Shown here piece by piece: positions 30,997 through 42,889 of a stretch of 64,000 bases of DNA (position 1 is its first letter; every line of letters begins with the position of its first letter). Source of the stretch: an uncultured Chloroflexia bacterium (GTDB taxonomy: Bacteria; Chloroflexota; Limnocylindria; Limnocylindrales; CSP1-4); contig CAWHCW010000002.1 of NCBI GenBank assembly GCA_963827965.1, positions 141,694 through 205,693 of the forward strand. The letters run 5' to 3'. The notes below the pieces were generated by a model. It was not told the DNA's origin and did no database searches. It was given only the letters and a program-made list of their open reading frames with translations. The position numbers and the translations under genes were made by a program.

Positions 30997-31821
30997 TCAG
31001 CTGAAGAGCCGGCGCAGGCCCGGCAGCGGTCGGCGTCCGTTCTCCGCCCGGGTGGCAGCCTCCAGCCTGGCGACAGCGGGCGTCAGGGCCACCCGGAGCT
31101 CATCGGTCGCCGCGCGGGCGGCGCGCATGCCGGCTGGCGTGGTCGGGTCCGGGCCCGGCGGCGCCAGCGGGTCGAGGACGAGCAGGCGGTAGCGCGTCCC
31201 CAGGCCCGTCTCCAGGAAGCCGGCGATCGCGACCGGGACGAGCGGCACGGCGCCGGCGGCGGCGAGCCAGGCCGCCCCCGGGGCGATCGTGCGGGTCGTG
31301 CCCGGCGCGCTCGGTGGCCCCTTCTCGGGGAAGACCACCAGGCAGCAGCCGCGGGCCAGGACGGTTCGTGCGTCGGCAAGGTGCTCCGCGACGGCTCCGG
31401 GCGTGACCCGCGGCGAGATCGGGATCATCCCCAGGCGCGGCAGGAGGCGCCGCCGCCACCACGAGCGGACCATCGTCCGGCCGTCGCCGAACCAGGTGAG
31501 CCGGGGCGCGTCGCGGGGCCACGTCAGGAGCAGCAGGAAGGGGTCGATCCAGCCCCGGTGCGGGGCGACGGCGACGACGCAGGGGACGACCCGTCCGGCC
31601 GCATCGCGCGGCAGGCGCTCATAGCCGGCGGCCCGGATCCGCCATCCCACGAGCGCGAACCCGGAGCGGACGATGAGCCGGACGAGGCGATCCAGCCACC
31701 CCGGGCGCGCCGACAGGCCGCCGAGCGCTGCGCGCATCCGCTCGCCCTCCGCCCGGATCGCCGCCGCCTCGGTTGGCACGTCATCCTCCCCGTCCCCCCC
31801 GGCCAGCATACGGCGGACCAT
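30997..31821 (-). CDS. Lysophospholipid (1-acyl-sn-glycerol-3-phosphate-type) acyltransferase
   Basis: Intact [19 protein letters not shown] (HX4D motif), [16 protein letters not shown]. Confidence 0.7.
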   Translation of the reverse strand: MVRRMLAGGDGEDDVPTEAAAIRAEGERMRAALGGLSARPGWLDRLVRLIVRSGFALVGWRIRAAGYERLPRDAAGRVVPCVVAVAPHRGWIDPFLLLLTWPRDAPRLTWFGDGRTMVRSWWRRRLLPRLGMIPISPRVTPGAVAEHLADARTVLARGCCLVVFPEKGPPSAPGTTRTIAPGAAWLAAAGAVPLVPVAIAGFLETGLGTRYRLLVLDPLAPPGPDPTTPAGMRAARAATDELRVALTPAVARLEAATRAENGRRPLPGLRRLFS

Positions 31822-31913
31822 GGTGGTGCACGTGGTGGCGTGGTCCCGCGGCGGCCGGCCAGGCGACCGGGTCGCGGTGCGCGGTCAGGCGGCCGGCGCC
31901 GAGGCCCTCGGGG

Positions 31914-33152
31914 TCAGAGGCAGGCGGCGAGGATCCCCGCGATCTCGACGTCCGCCAGGACGACCGGGTTCGTGCGCATGCTGCTGCCGCGACTCTCGGC
32001 CACGAGCCCGGGGAGGTCGCGCGGCGCCGCGCCGAAGTCCGCCAGGCGGGGGATCCGGAGCGCGATCGTCCAGGCGTCGAGGGTCGCCTGCAGCGCATCC
32101 AGCGCCTGGTCGTCGGGGAGCGCGCCGTCGCCTGCCATGATCCGTCCGGCTTCGGCGTAGCGGCCCAGCGCCGACGAGCCGGGCGCCCGGGCGGCGAGCG
32201 CCGCGAGGTTCGCTCGCGTCGTCGCCGCCAGCAGGATCCCGCAGCCGGTCCCGTGGGGCACGGGGAGCGCCGCTCCGAGGGCCGCCACGATGCCGTGGAC
32301 CGCGCCCAGCCCGGCATTGGCGAGGGCGATCCCGGAGCAGCAGGCTGCCCAGGACATCGCCGCCCGGGCCGCCGCGCTCGCCTCCGGCGGCGATCCCGCC
32401 GCGGCCGCCGCGTGCCAGGCGGGCAGGGCGCCGGCCGCGGCCTCCAGGCCTGCCCGGGCGATCGCGTCCGTGAACGGCGAGGCGCCCGTGGAGGTGAACG
32501 CCTCCAGCAGCTGGGTCACCGCGTCCATCCCGTCGCCCGCGACGACGGCCGCCGGGCAGCCGGCGAGGAGGTCGGGGTCCAGGAGCGCCACCTGGGCTAC
32601 CAGGCGCTCGTCGCGGAACGACTTCTTGAACGGCGGCGTCCCGCCGGCGGCCCCCGGCAGGCGCCCCGCGAGGACCGCGTTCTTCGTCACCTCGCTGCCG
32701 GTCCCGGCCGTCGTCGGCACGGCGACGAACGGGGTGGCGGGCCCGGGGTAGGGGATCCCGCGGCCGACGCCCTCGAGGTGGTCGAGGGCGACCGTCCCGC
32801 TGCGGAGGAGGCCGGCGATGGCCTTGGCGGCGTCCAGCGCGCTCCCGCCGCCGATCCCCACCACGACATCCGGCGGATCGGAGCGCCGGGCGGCCACCGC
32901 CCCGTCCACGATCTCCGGCGATGGCTCCCCGGCGACCGCGACGTGGTCCCAGGCCAGGCCGGCGGTCTCGAGGCCGGCGACCAGCGGCGCCCAGGCGGCG
33001 CTCTCGCGGAACGAGCGCGTCCCGCTGACGAGGAGGACGCTGCGGCCCAGCGAGGCGACGAGCGCCGGCAGCTCGGCGATGCGGCCCGGCCCGACGACGA
33101 GCCGCGGCAGGCGGGCGACGGCGAACGGCGGAGGCGCCGCGTCCCGGCCCAC
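31914..33152 (-). CDS. Iron-containing alcohol dehydrogenase family protein
   Basis: Intact ORF. VVGIGGGSALDAAKAIA, VAVPTTAGTGSEVTKNAV, GLGAVHGIVAALG. Confidence 0.8.
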   Translation of the reverse strand: MGRDAAPPPFAVARLPRLVVGPGRIAELPALVASLGRSVLLVSGTRSFRESAAWAPLVAGLETAGLAWDHVAVAGEPSPEIVDGAVAARRSDPPDVVVGIGGGSALDAAKAIAGLLRSGTVALDHLEGVGRGIPYPGPATPFVAVPTTAGTGSEVTKNAVLAGRLPGAAGGTPPFKKSFRDERLVAQVALLDPDLLAGCPAAVVAGDGMDAVTQLLEAFTSTGASPFTDAIARAGLEAAAGALPAWHAAAAAGSPPEASAAARAAMSWAACCSGIALANAGLGAVHGIVAALGAALPVPHGTGCGILLAATTRANLAALAARAPGSSALGRYAEAGRIMAGDGALPDDQALDALQATLDAWTIALRIPRLADFGAAPRDLPGLVAESRGSSMRTNPVVLADVEIAGILAACL

Positions 33153-33154
33153 CG

Positions 33155-33454
33155 TCAGCCGACCCCGGGGTAGAGCCCCACGAAGGTTTCGCCGCGGCGG
33201 GCCTCGGCCATCATGGGGGCCACGACCTCGCGCCAGGCCCGGTAGTGGTCGGTCTCCTTGTGGGCGCCGGCGGCCGACACGTCCGCATACGCCTCGTAGA
33301 TCACGAACCGGGTCGGGTCATCCGGCGCCTGGAGCACGTCGAAGCGGACGTTGCCGGGCTCCTTGACGGAGGCGAGGTGGTTCTCCCGGGTGGCGCTGAT
33401 GAAGTCGGCGACGCGCCCGGGCACGACGCGGACATGGACGAGCGTGACGTGCAT
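33155..33454 (-). CDS. Antibiotic-biosynthesis-monooxygenase (ABM/dimeric alpha-beta barrel) domain protein
   Basis: GGGAGG RBS. MHVTLVHVRVVPGRVADFISATRENHLASVKEPGNVRFDVLQAPDDPTRFVIYEAYADVSAAGAHKETDHYRAWRE. Confidence 0.7.
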   Translation of the reverse strand: MHVTLVHVRVVPGRVADFISATRENHLASVKEPGNVRFDVLQAPDDPTRFVIYEAYADVSAAGAHKETDHYRAWREVVAPMMAEARRGETFVGLYPGVG

Positions 33455-33571
33455 CGTCGGCCTCCCTGCGAACGATCGGCTCCGGGGGCAGGATACGCCG
33501 GAGCGCGGCTCGCTCGGCGCAGCATCGCGGGGGTCGCTGCCCGGCGCCCGCGCATGCAGGAGGTGCAGCTC

Positions 33572-33934
33572 ATGGCCGGCGGATCCGTCCAGGTGGACTA
33601 CTACTACCGGACCCGGTGGGGCGCCCACGCGGCGTTCGTCGATCTCTTCTTGCGCAACCACTGGCCCATCCTGCGCGAGCAGATCGCGGAGGGCCGCTTC
33701 CTCGACGTGACCATGCACGCGCCGCGCTTCCACGGCGACGGCCGGGCCGACTGGGACCTCATGGTCACGATCGTCTACCGCGACTGGGAGGCGATGGAGG
33801 CTCACGCCGAGACGGAGATCGCCGCCCGGCTCTATCCCGACCAGGCAACCTTCCGGGCCGAGGAGCTGCGCCGCTTCGAGCTCCTGGAGGCCCACTGGGA
33901 CGTGCCGCTGGAGGCGATCCCGCTCCCGCGCTGA
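33572..33934 (+). CDS. Hypothetical protein (about 120 aa), possibly alpha-beta-barrel fold
   Basis: AGGAGG 8 nt upstream of ATG 33572. MAGGSVQVDYYYRTRWGAHAAFVDLFLRNHWPILREQIAEGRFLDVTMHAPRFHGDGRADWDLMVTIVYRDWEAMEAH. Confidence 0.55.
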   Translation: MAGGSVQVDYYYRTRWGAHAAFVDLFLRNHWPILREQIAEGRFLDVTMHAPRFHGDGRADWDLMVTIVYRDWEAMEAHAETEIAARLYPDQATFRAEELRRFELLEAHWDVPLEAIPLPR

Positions 33935-33969
33935 CGCCCCGGCGCTTGCCCCGCGTGACGCCGGCGCGC

Positions 33970-34053
33970 CTGCGCCCGTGATGCCCGCGCGACTGCGCCC
34001 GTGACGGCGGCGCTGCGCCCGTGATGCCCGCGCGATGCGCACACGGGCATCAC
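33970..34053. repeat. Three copies of CTGCGCCCGTGA(Y)G plus a 10-bp-stem hairpin between convergent genes (likely bidirectional terminator)
   Basis: ctgcgcccgtga starts at 33970, 33993 and 34013. gtgatgcccg (34021-34030) pairs with cgggcatcac (34044-34053). Confidence 0.6.
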
Positions 34054-35659
34054 ATCGAGGAGGGTGATCCTCAGCCCGGGTCTCGTCGGGTCCGTCGGGA
34101 CCGGTGCTGCGTCCACGTGGCGTCCGCGTCCCAGCCCGACGAGGTTGACGGCCGCGCCGGCGGCCAGCAGCGCGGCGGCCACGACCATCGCGAGGTGGAA
34201 CGCGTCGGTCGATGCCGCCCGGATCGCCACCGCGAGCTCGGTCGGGAGCCCTGCGGGCGGCGCCGCCAGGGGGACGATCCCGAGACCGGCCGCGGTGCCG
34301 GCGTCGAAGCCGGGGACCGCGGCGACGAGGGCCGGCGCGAAGGTCGCGGTGATCGCGATGAAGAGGGCCGCGCTCGCCAGCGGCGCCCCCACCCGCGAGA
34401 TGGCGTTGTTGATCGCTGACCCGAGCCCGGCGCGGTGGACCGGGATCGAGCCCATGAGCGCCGTCGTGAGGGGCGCCACCAGCAGCGCGAGGCCGATCCC
34501 GAACAGCAGGCTGCCGGGCAGGACGTCCACGAGATAGGCGACCGGCGGCATGAAGCTCGCCGGGTTCCCGGGGTCGGCCGCCCAGCCCTGGCTCGTGGGC
34601 GGGATGCGGGCCAGCCAGAGCAGCCCGCCCGCCATCAGGAGCGGCCCGATCACCAGGAACGGCCGGGCCCCGATTCGCCCGGCGAGACGGCCCGCGGGCG
34701 TCGAGACGAGGGCGAGGAGGACGCCCGTCGGGACGCCCAGCACGCCCGCGGCGAGCGGCGTGTAGCCGAGGGTGCCCTGCAGGAAGAGGCTCTGGAACGT
34801 GAACGAGACGTAGAGCGCCCCGTAGATCACGAGGGTCGAGAGGTTGACGACCGCGAAGGTGCGCCGCCGGAAGAGCTCCAGGGGCACGAGCGGGTTCGGC
34901 CGGACCGCCATGAGCACGGGGAACGCCACCAGCGCGACGGCCCCGATCGCGAGCGCCGCAAACGCGACGGGGTCCTGCCATTGCCGCTCCTGGCCCCGCG
35001 TCGCCCCGAAGGCCAGCCCGCCCACGGCGACGATCGCGACGAATGCGCCCACCCAGTCCACCCGCCCGCTGGCGTGCTCGTCGCGCGACTCGGGCACCCG
35101 CCGCAGGGCCAGCACGGCGACGGCGACGAGGGGCAGGTTCACGAGGAAGGCCGCCCGCCAGGTGAGCGTCTGCACCAGCAGCCCCCCGACGAGGGGACCC
35201 AGGGTCGTGAGCACCGCCGTCGCCGCGGCCCACGAGCCCGATCGCCCGCCCGCGCTCCTCCCCCTCGAAGGTGGCGGTGATGATCGACAGTGCGCCCGGC
35301 ACCAGGAGCGCACCCGCGGCCCCCTGGAGGAGGCGGAAGACGATGAGGAGCTCCATCGTCGGGGCGAGACCACAGGCGGTCGAGGCGACGCCGAACGCCA
35401 GGAGCCCGACGCCGAAGACGCGGCGGCGGCCGAAGGCGTCCGCCAGGGCCCCGGCGGGGATGAGCAGCGCGGCAAGGACCGCGAGGTAGCCGCCGCTGAC
35501 GTAGGTCAGACCCTCCAGCTGGCCGACGAGGGTACCCGGCAGCTCGCGCCCGATCGTCTCGAGGGCGACGTTGACGACCGTCCCGTCGAGGAAGACGATC
35601 CCCGACCCGAGGACGACCGCGAGGAGGACGGGACCCCGCTGGAGCGTCGATGCCGACAT
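34040..35659 (-). CDS. MFS transporter, DHA2 (EmrB/QacA-like, 14-TMS) family; one frameshift near 35250; 3' end uncertain (in-frame stop only at 33832)
   Basis: MSASTLQRGPVLLAVVLGSGIVFLDGTVVNVALETIGREL..LADAFGRRRVFGVGLLAFG..RLLQGAAGALLVPGALSII, then LGPLVGGLLVQTLTWRAAFLVNLPL.. in a second frame. Confidence 0.8.
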
Positions 35660-35672
35660 CGCTGCCGTGGCT

Positions 35673-36026
35673 TCAGCGCTTCGGCGGCAGGGTTCGGACG
35701 TGGGCAATTGCCCGGTCCACCCATCCGTCGAGCGCGGTCGGCTCGGCAGCCATGTCCGCCGGCAGCACCACGTACTCCTTCATCGGGCGGCCCGGCATCG
35801 GCTCGAACGGAGCCGCTCCGGGTGTCGCCAGGAGCTCGGCGCGATCGTCCACGGGGAGCCGGACGATCCAGCGATCCTCGTGGAGGGCCGTCGTCATGTG
35901 GCCCCCGACGAACGCGGCGGGGTAGCCGAACATCTTCCGGGCGGTGAGCTCCGGGCGGCGCCCGATGAGCGCCTCGAATGCCGCCACGAGCTCCGGCGGC
36001 GACTTCTTCCAGGACGATCCGGCCAT
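35673..36026 (-). CDS. TfoX N-terminal domain protein
   Basis: GGAGGGGGAG RBS. MAGSSWKKSPPELVAAFEALIGRRPELTARKMFGYPAAFVGGHMTTALHEDRWIVRL. Confidence 0.65.
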   Translation of the reverse strand: MAGSSWKKSPPELVAAFEALIGRRPELTARKMFGYPAAFVGGHMTTALHEDRWIVRLPVDDRAELLATPGAAPFEPMPGRPMKEYVVLPADMAAEPTALDGWVDRAIAHVRTLPPKR

Positions 36027-36070
36027 CTCCCCCTCCACGATGTCCGAGGAGTGTATGCGGATTGACCGCG

Positions 36071-37190
<1,120 letters not shown>

Positions 37191-37194
<4 letters not shown>

Positions 37195-38377
37195 CCCGCG
37201 GTCTCGACCGCCGGGACCACGACGAAGCCCGGGTGCTCCTCGCGCGCGGCCACCGCGACCGCCTGGAGCCGGACGGCGCTCGCCTCGGGCAGCGTGTCGT
37301 TGATGAAGAGGAGCGTCGAGGTCTCGACGGATGCCCGGATCTTGGTCAGTCGCGGCGAACGATGGGGCGGATAGAGCTCCACCGCGAGGTGCCAGTCCGT
37401 GGCTCCCCGCGGCGCCTCGTAGCACGACCATCATGTAGGGGAGCTCGAAGCCGAAGAGCCCGTTGTAGCGTGCGACGACCGCGTGGAGCGACCCGGCGAG
37501 CGCCCGCGACTCCGCGGCCGTCAGATCGGTCAGCCGCCGGGCTCCGTGGCGGACCGCCCGCACGTGCACCTCGTACGGCCAGCGCGGGGCGAAGGGGACG
37601 CCGACCGCCCAGTGGGGATCGTCGTGGACGAGGCGATCGGAGCGCAGCTCGTCGGCGACCACCGCGCAGGAGACGCACGACCCCGTTCGCGCCCGGCCCT
37701 CCGCGAGCGCCGTGACGCGCCGCTCGATCCAGGGCGGGACGTGCCCGAAGGCGTAGATCTGGCCGTGGGGGTGCGACAGCGTGGCCCCCACCTCGCCGCC
37801 GCGATTCTCGAAGGGAAGGACGCAGGCGAGCCGCTCGTCCGACCAGAGGTCCGCGGTCCGGTCGCGCCAGACGGCGACGACGCGGGCGGTCTCCTCCGGC
37901 GTCAGGGTCGCGAAGTCGCCCTCGTGGCGCTCGGTGAACATGACGACCTCGCAGGCGCCCAGCGACGGGGCGAACCGCGGGTCGCCCGGGTCGGGCAGGG
38001 CCGGCGGATCGAGCGTGAACGTCGGGTAGCGGTTGCCGAAGACCGCGGCCTCGTAGCCGAAGGCGAGCTCCGGGCCGCCCGGGCAGAGCGGACAGCGGAA
38101 CCGCTCCGCCGGGCTGCCGGGCGACCATTCCGCCCCCGCTCGGCGCCGAGCTGTGCGGCCGCACGTTCCGGGCCGGCGAGACGGCGACCCATGACCCGGA
38201 CAGCTCGTCGCGGCGCAGGTGGAGCGCGGTCGGCTCGGAGCGCGGCGCGTCCGCGGGCGGCGCTCCGCGCACCTCGCCGTACACGTGGATCTGCCGCCCG
38301 TCCGGTTGGGCGAACGTCGTCCGGCGGAGGGGAAGCTGCGCCCCGCCGGGGGCCGGCACGCGGCGCTCATCGGTCAT
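37191..38377 (-). CDS. galT: Galactose-1-phosphate uridylyltransferase; 2 frameshifts
   Basis: MTDERRVP..HLRRDELSGSWVAVSPARN / RCPLCPGG..EVVMFTERHE..FENRGGEVGATLSHPHGQIYAF (HxHxQ) / ELYPPHRSPRLTKIRASVE. Confidence 0.85.
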
Positions 38378-38386
38378 GGTGACGCG

Positions 38387-38392
38387 ATGGTA
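38387..38392 (-). promoter_or_regulatory. Candidate -10 box TACCAT 9 nt upstream of the galT ATG (leaderless or near-leaderless)
   Basis: Minus strand reads GTACCATCGCGTCACCATG. It resembles the selD/selA/selC contexts. Confidence 0.35.
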
Positions 38393-38498
38393 CGGGTTGG
38401 CGACGGCGTCGTCGCCCTTCCGGATGCCGTCGACCAGCCCGCGCGCGTAGACTGGCGCCGGCGCGCGCCGGTGTGCGCCCTGGAGCGAACGAGGGACG

Positions 38499-39537
38499 AT
38501 GCCGACGAACAGCGGAGCGCGCGAGGAGCGACGCAGTCGGCTCGGAGCCATCCGGCCGCGTCTGCCCCGGCCCACGCGTCCCGGCACTCCGCCCGAGTCG
38601 CCGGGCGAGGTGGCGGCGCCGGCTGTCGCAACCGTCGAGGACAACGGGCTGCGCTGGATCCACATCGAGCGTCCGAAGCTCGCCGAGCGGGAGTGGCTCG
38701 GCGAGCACTTCGACTTCCATCCCCTCGCCTTCGAGGACCTGGTCTCGCGCAACCAGCGGCCCAAGGTGGACGTCTACGACGACTACCTCTTCATCGTCCT
38801 GTACTTCCCCAGCTACGACAAGGCGACCGGCCGCCTGAAGGCCGTCGAGCTCGACCTCTTCGTCGGGCCCGACTACGTCATCACCCTCCCGAACGAGCGG
38901 TTCGTGCAGCTGTCCCGCCTCTTCGACCGGGTGGCCGAGAACGAGGAGACCCGGACGGAGCTCTTCGCCTACGGCTCCGGCTACCTCCTCTACCGGATCG
39001 TCGACGAGGCGGTCGACTCCGGGCTTCCCGATGCTCCGCCAGATGGGGAGCAAGCTCGAGGACATCGAGGACGAGCTCTTCGAGGGCCGCTCGCGGGAGC
39101 TGGTGCGCGACATCTCCTCGGTGAAGTCGGAGATCATCAACTTCCGGCGGATCGTGCGCCCCCAGCGCGTGGTCTACCGGGACCTCGAGCGCGCCGTCAG
39201 CCGCTACCGCGCCCCCGACCTCGACCTCTACTTCGACGACGTCACCGACGCCTCGGAGCGGATCTGGGACGTCCTCGAGAACTACAAGGAGCAGGTCGAG
39301 TCGATCGAGTCGACGAACGAGTCGGTCATCGGCCACCGGGGCAACGACGTCCTCCGGGTCCTGACGATCTTCTCGGTCCTCCTCCTGCCCCTCACGTTCG
39401 TCGCCAGCGTCTGGGGGATGAACGTCAAGGTGCCGTTCGGCGAACGCGGAGCTTCGGCTTCGAGATCGTCGTGGCGATCATGGTCGCGGTGCTCGTCCTC
39501 ACCCTGCTGCGCCTTCCGCCGCCGCGGCCTCCTGTAG
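38499..39537 (+). CDS. corA: CorA-family Mg2+/Co2+ transporter; at least 3 frameshifts
   Basis: LRWIHIERP..HPLAFEDLVSRNQRPKVDVYDDYLFIVLYFP.. / FRRIVRPQRVVYRDLER..LTIFSVLLLPLTFVASVWGMNV (GMN motif) / FGFEIVVAIMVAVLVLTLL. Confidence 0.85.
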
Positions 39538-39546
39538 GCGCGACCG

Positions 39547-40270
39547 TCAGGGCGTCACCAGGCCCAGCTCGGTCGCCAGGGATCGCCCTGCCTCCCAGTC
39601 CGGGCCGAACGAGCCGGTCAGCCGCTGCCGCTCGCGGCCGCACCAGGCGGCGAAGTCGGCGTGGGACGCGCGCAGCTCGTCCGACGCCTCGAAGCGGGCC
39701 TGCACCGAGGCGTGGAATGCCGCGTAGACGGCCATCGGCGAGGACTCCGCGATCCGGGCCTCCGCACCGGGGGTGAAGTCGATGGGGATCATCATCCGGG
39801 CGAAGAACGCCCCGACCTCGCCGGTCGAGAGGTCGACCCCCTGGCTGTGGCCCGTGGAGCGGAGGATGGGCGCGTGGGAGGAGAGAACGACGAGGGTCGT
39901 CGCCTGGTCCCGGGCCACCGCGCGCACGGTCCCCCCGAAGGTGAGGAACGAGTTGAAGACCTCCAGGCGGTCCACGACCCGGATCGTGCCCCACGAGAAG
40001 GGCCGCTCCAGGGGCACCGCGGTCGTCCGGGTGATCTCGGCGGGCCGGCCGCGGCCACCAGCGGCGGCCCAGTGCTCCACGCGCTCGGGGTCGAAATGGG
40101 TCAGGGTCGGGCGCTCGCGCAGGGCGACCACGAGGTTCGCGCCGCCGGCGCGCCTGGGGCGACGTGCCGTTCACGTCGAGGAACCCGAGCTGTTCCACGT
40201 GACGCGCGGCCTCGTCGAACGAGATGCCGAGCTGGGGCGGCCTGCCCGGGACCGCCGCATCGATGGTCAT
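39547..40270 (-). CDS. Hypothetical protein (about 240 aa); one frameshift near 40140
   Basis: MTIDAAVPGRPPQLGISFDEAARHVEQLGFLDVNGTSPQA joins VVALRERPTLTHFDPERVEHW..FFARMMIPIDFTPGAEARIAESSPMAVYAAFHASVQARFE. Confidence 0.5.
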
Positions 40271-40389
40271 GCCGCCACCTCCGGGAGCGATCCATTGTCG
40301 CGCTCTTCGGGGCCCCGCGGCATCCGCCGGTGCACCCCGCTCGCGCGGGCCGAACGGCCCCTCCCGCCGGGCTGGTAGCCTCTCCAGCC

Positions 40390-41124
40390 GTGACCCTCCG
40401 CGCCCGACTCGTCGAGCTGCTCGTCGGCGACCCGCCGCCCTGGCCCGCGGCCGCCCGCGATCGGGCCGAGCTGAACCTCCTCGGGTTGCGCGTGCCGGCG
40501 CTGGCGACCGCGTTCCTCCTCCTCGCCTGCGCGCTCCTCATGCTGGACCGCAACTACGACGTGCTGCCACGGTTCGGCCCCATCGACCCGCGGAGCCTTC
40601 GCAACCAGGGGATCGAGCGGCTCGTCCTGTTCGGGCTCCTGCCGCTGGCGATCCTCCTCGCCCTCCGCGAGGATCCGCGGCGCTACGGTCTCGGGCGCGG
40701 CGACGTCCGCCGGGCTCTGGTCCTCGGCGGGTTCGCGACGCTGGTCACGGTGCCCGTGATCGCCCTGGTCGCGGCCGTCCCGGCGATGCGGGACTGGTAC
40801 GGCCCGTCGATGACGACGGTGCCCGGCGTTCTCCTGACGAACGTCCTCGACCTCGTCCCGACGGAGTTCCTCCTGCGCGGCTTCCTCCTGTTCGCGCTCG
40901 TTCGCGCGATCGGGCCCTTCGGCGTCGTCGTGGCCGTCGTCCCCTTCGTGATGGTCCACATCGGGAAGCCCGACCTGGAGGCCCTCTCGACGCTTGGGGG
41001 CGGCCTCGTCTTCGGCTGGCTGAACTGGCGGACGGGGGCGATCTGGGCCTCGGCGGCGTATCACGTGGCCATCCAGGCGACGGTCATCGTCGCCGCCGCC
41101 GCGTGGGCCGCGACGCCGGCCTGA
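40390..41124 (+). CDS. CPBP-family intramembrane protease (CAAX protease-like)
   Basis: GTG 40390. Hydrophobic helices. LVPTEFLLRGFLLFAL (EExxxR-type motif region) and HIGKP..FGWLNWRTGAIWASAAYH. Confidence 0.65.
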   Translation: MTLRARLVELLVGDPPPWPAAARDRAELNLLGLRVPALATAFLLLACALLMLDRNYDVLPRFGPIDPRSLRNQGIERLVLFGLLPLAILLALREDPRRYGLGRGDVRRALVLGGFATLVTVPVIALVAAVPAMRDWYGPSMTTVPGVLLTNVLDLVPTEFLLRGFLLFALVRAIGPFGVVVAVVPFVMVHIGKPDLEALSTLGGGLVFGWLNWRTGAIWASAAYHVAIQATVIVAAAAWAATPA

Positions 41125-41386
41125 GCTCTCCGGCGGCGTGGGCGCATCAGGCCTCGGCCACCAGGCGACGGCACCACGGGGAGGTGCGCACCCTCGGGCA
41201 TCGGGACACGTCCGCCGAATCCCCCTTCCCATGTTCCGGACGATGGTCTACTGTTGCCCGGCACATCCCCGCATGGCGCGGGGTCATACCGGTCGGCGCA
41301 ACACGATCGCTCCCCAACTCACGGGCTCCCGCGAGGATCAACGGTCAAGGGTCGCGGAAGCCGGCGAGAGCAAGGAGCGGTTTTTC

Positions 41387-41767
41387 TTGTATTCGGACAA
41401 GGTCCTCACCTGCGCCGATTGCGGCCAGGAGTTCGTCTTCAGCGCGCGGGAGCAGGAGTTCTACGCCACCCGGCAGTTCACCGAGCCGCGGCGCTGCGGC
41501 TCGTGCCGCGCCAGCCGCAAGGCGTCCCGCGGTGATACCGGCGGTGCCGGCTACGGCAACCGCGGCGGCGGCAGCAGCTACGGCGGGGCCGGCAGCTACG
41601 GCGGCGGCAGCAGCTACGGCGGCGACGGTGGCTACGGCAACCGCGGCCCCCGCGAGATGTTCACGGCGACCTGCTCGTCCTGCGGCAAGGACGCCCAGGT
41701 GCCCTTCCGGCCGACGAGCGGCAAGCCCGTCTACTGCAGCGACTGCTTCGCCCTCCGGCGCGCCTAG
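41387..41767 (+). CDS. Double zinc-ribbon protein with Gly/Ser/Tyr-rich linker
   Basis: AAGGAG RBS plus TTG 41387. YSDKVLTCADCGQEFVFSAREQEFYATRQFTEPRRCGSCRASRK..GGSSYGGAGSYGGGSSYGGDGGYGNRG..ATCSSCGKDAQVPFRPTSGKPVYCSDCF. Confidence 0.7.
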   Translation: MYSDKVLTCADCGQEFVFSAREQEFYATRQFTEPRRCGSCRASRKASRGDTGGAGYGNRGGGSSYGGAGSYGGGSSYGGDGGYGNRGPREMFTATCSSCGKDAQVPFRPTSGKPVYCSDCFALRRA

Positions 41768-41796
41768 CACGCCGGCGCGAACGCGCCGCCATCGTC

Positions 41797-41830
41797 ACGG
41801 CCCCGGGACATCCCGGGGCCGTTTCGTTTC
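41797..41830 (+). terminator. Rho-independent terminator
   Basis: ACGGCCCCGGGA-CA-TCCCGGGGCCGT followed by TTCGTTTC. Confidence 0.7.
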
Positions 41831-41893
41831 CCCTCTCGTCTCTCCTCCTGGACCGACGCCCCGGTGTCCGCCGGTTCGCGGCGGCGCCTCGGC

Positions 41894-41899
41894 TAGACT
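41894..41899 (+). promoter_or_regulatory. Candidate -10 box TAGACT 10 nt upstream of the fdhD ATG
   Basis: TAGACTCCGCCGcacgATG. The same 12-mer TAGACTCCGCCG precedes the nuoEF-like start on the opposite strand. Confidence 0.4.
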
Positions 41900-41909
41900 C
41901 CGCCGCACG

Positions 41910-42780
41910 ATGGCCGCTTCGCTTCCTCCCGCCGACCGCTCCACCACGGTCCGCGACGTCCTGGTCGTGCGACCGGGCGGCGCGGAGCGCGCCGCACGGG
42001 GTCGAGCGGCGCCCCGATCGGCTGGCCGGCGAGGAGCCCATGGCGATCCGCGTCGCCGGCCCCGGGCAGGCGCCCGTGGACGTGGCCGTCACGATGCGCA
42101 CACCAGGCAGCGACGCCGAGCTGGCAGTCGGATTCCTCGTCAGCGAGGGGCTCCTCGGCCCGGCGGACCTCGTCGGGCTGACCGTGGAGGTCGGCGACCC
42201 CGCCGCCATCGCCACCCCGGAGAACGAGCTGGTCGTCCGGATCGCCCGCCGGTTCGACGCCGCCGACGTGCCGGCCCGCGCCTTCGTGGCGTCCGCCAGC
42301 TGCGGTATCTGCGGCAAGGCGACGCTCGACGACATCGCGGTCCGCTGCGCCCCCCTCCCTGCGGGGCCGCGCGTCGCCGCCGCCGTCATTGCCGCGCTCC
42401 CCGATCTCCTGCGCGCCGGCCAGGTCGTCTTCGAGCAGACCGGCGGGCTGCACGCAGCGGGGCTGTTCGACCCCGCCGGGACGCTCCTGGCGGCCCGCGA
42501 GGACGTCGGCCGCCACAACGCCCTCGACAAGCTGATCGGCGCGGCGGCGCTGGCCGGGGAGCTGCCGCTCCACGACCGCGTCCTCGCCGTCTCCGGCCGG
42601 GTCAGCTTCGAGATCGTCCAGAAGGCGGCGGTGGCCGGGATCTCGATCGTCGCGGCCGTGTCCGCGCCCACCGACCTTGCCGTCTCGGCCGCGGAGCGGC
42701 TGGGCCTGACGCTCGTCGGGTTCGTTCGCGGCGGCGGCTTCAACGTGTACGCCGGCGAGGAGCGGATCGCCATCGGATGA
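41910..42780 (+). CDS. fdhD: Formate dehydrogenase accessory sulfurtransferase FdhD; one frameshift near 42000
   Basis: MAASLPPADRSTTVRDVLVVRPGG.. / EEPMAIRVAG..VDVAVTMRTPGSDAELAVGFLVSEGLL..ASASCGICGKATLDDI..GGLHAAGLF..REDVGRHNALDKLIG. Confidence 0.85.
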
Positions 42781-42889
42781 CGCCGCGGGACCTGAGCGGC
42801 CTGCGGCTGACCTGCGCGGCCGAGCGCGCCGCGCGCCGTGGCCGAGGCCTCGAGGAGCCGCGGCGCGGCCGGCCTCGGGCCGACCGCTC

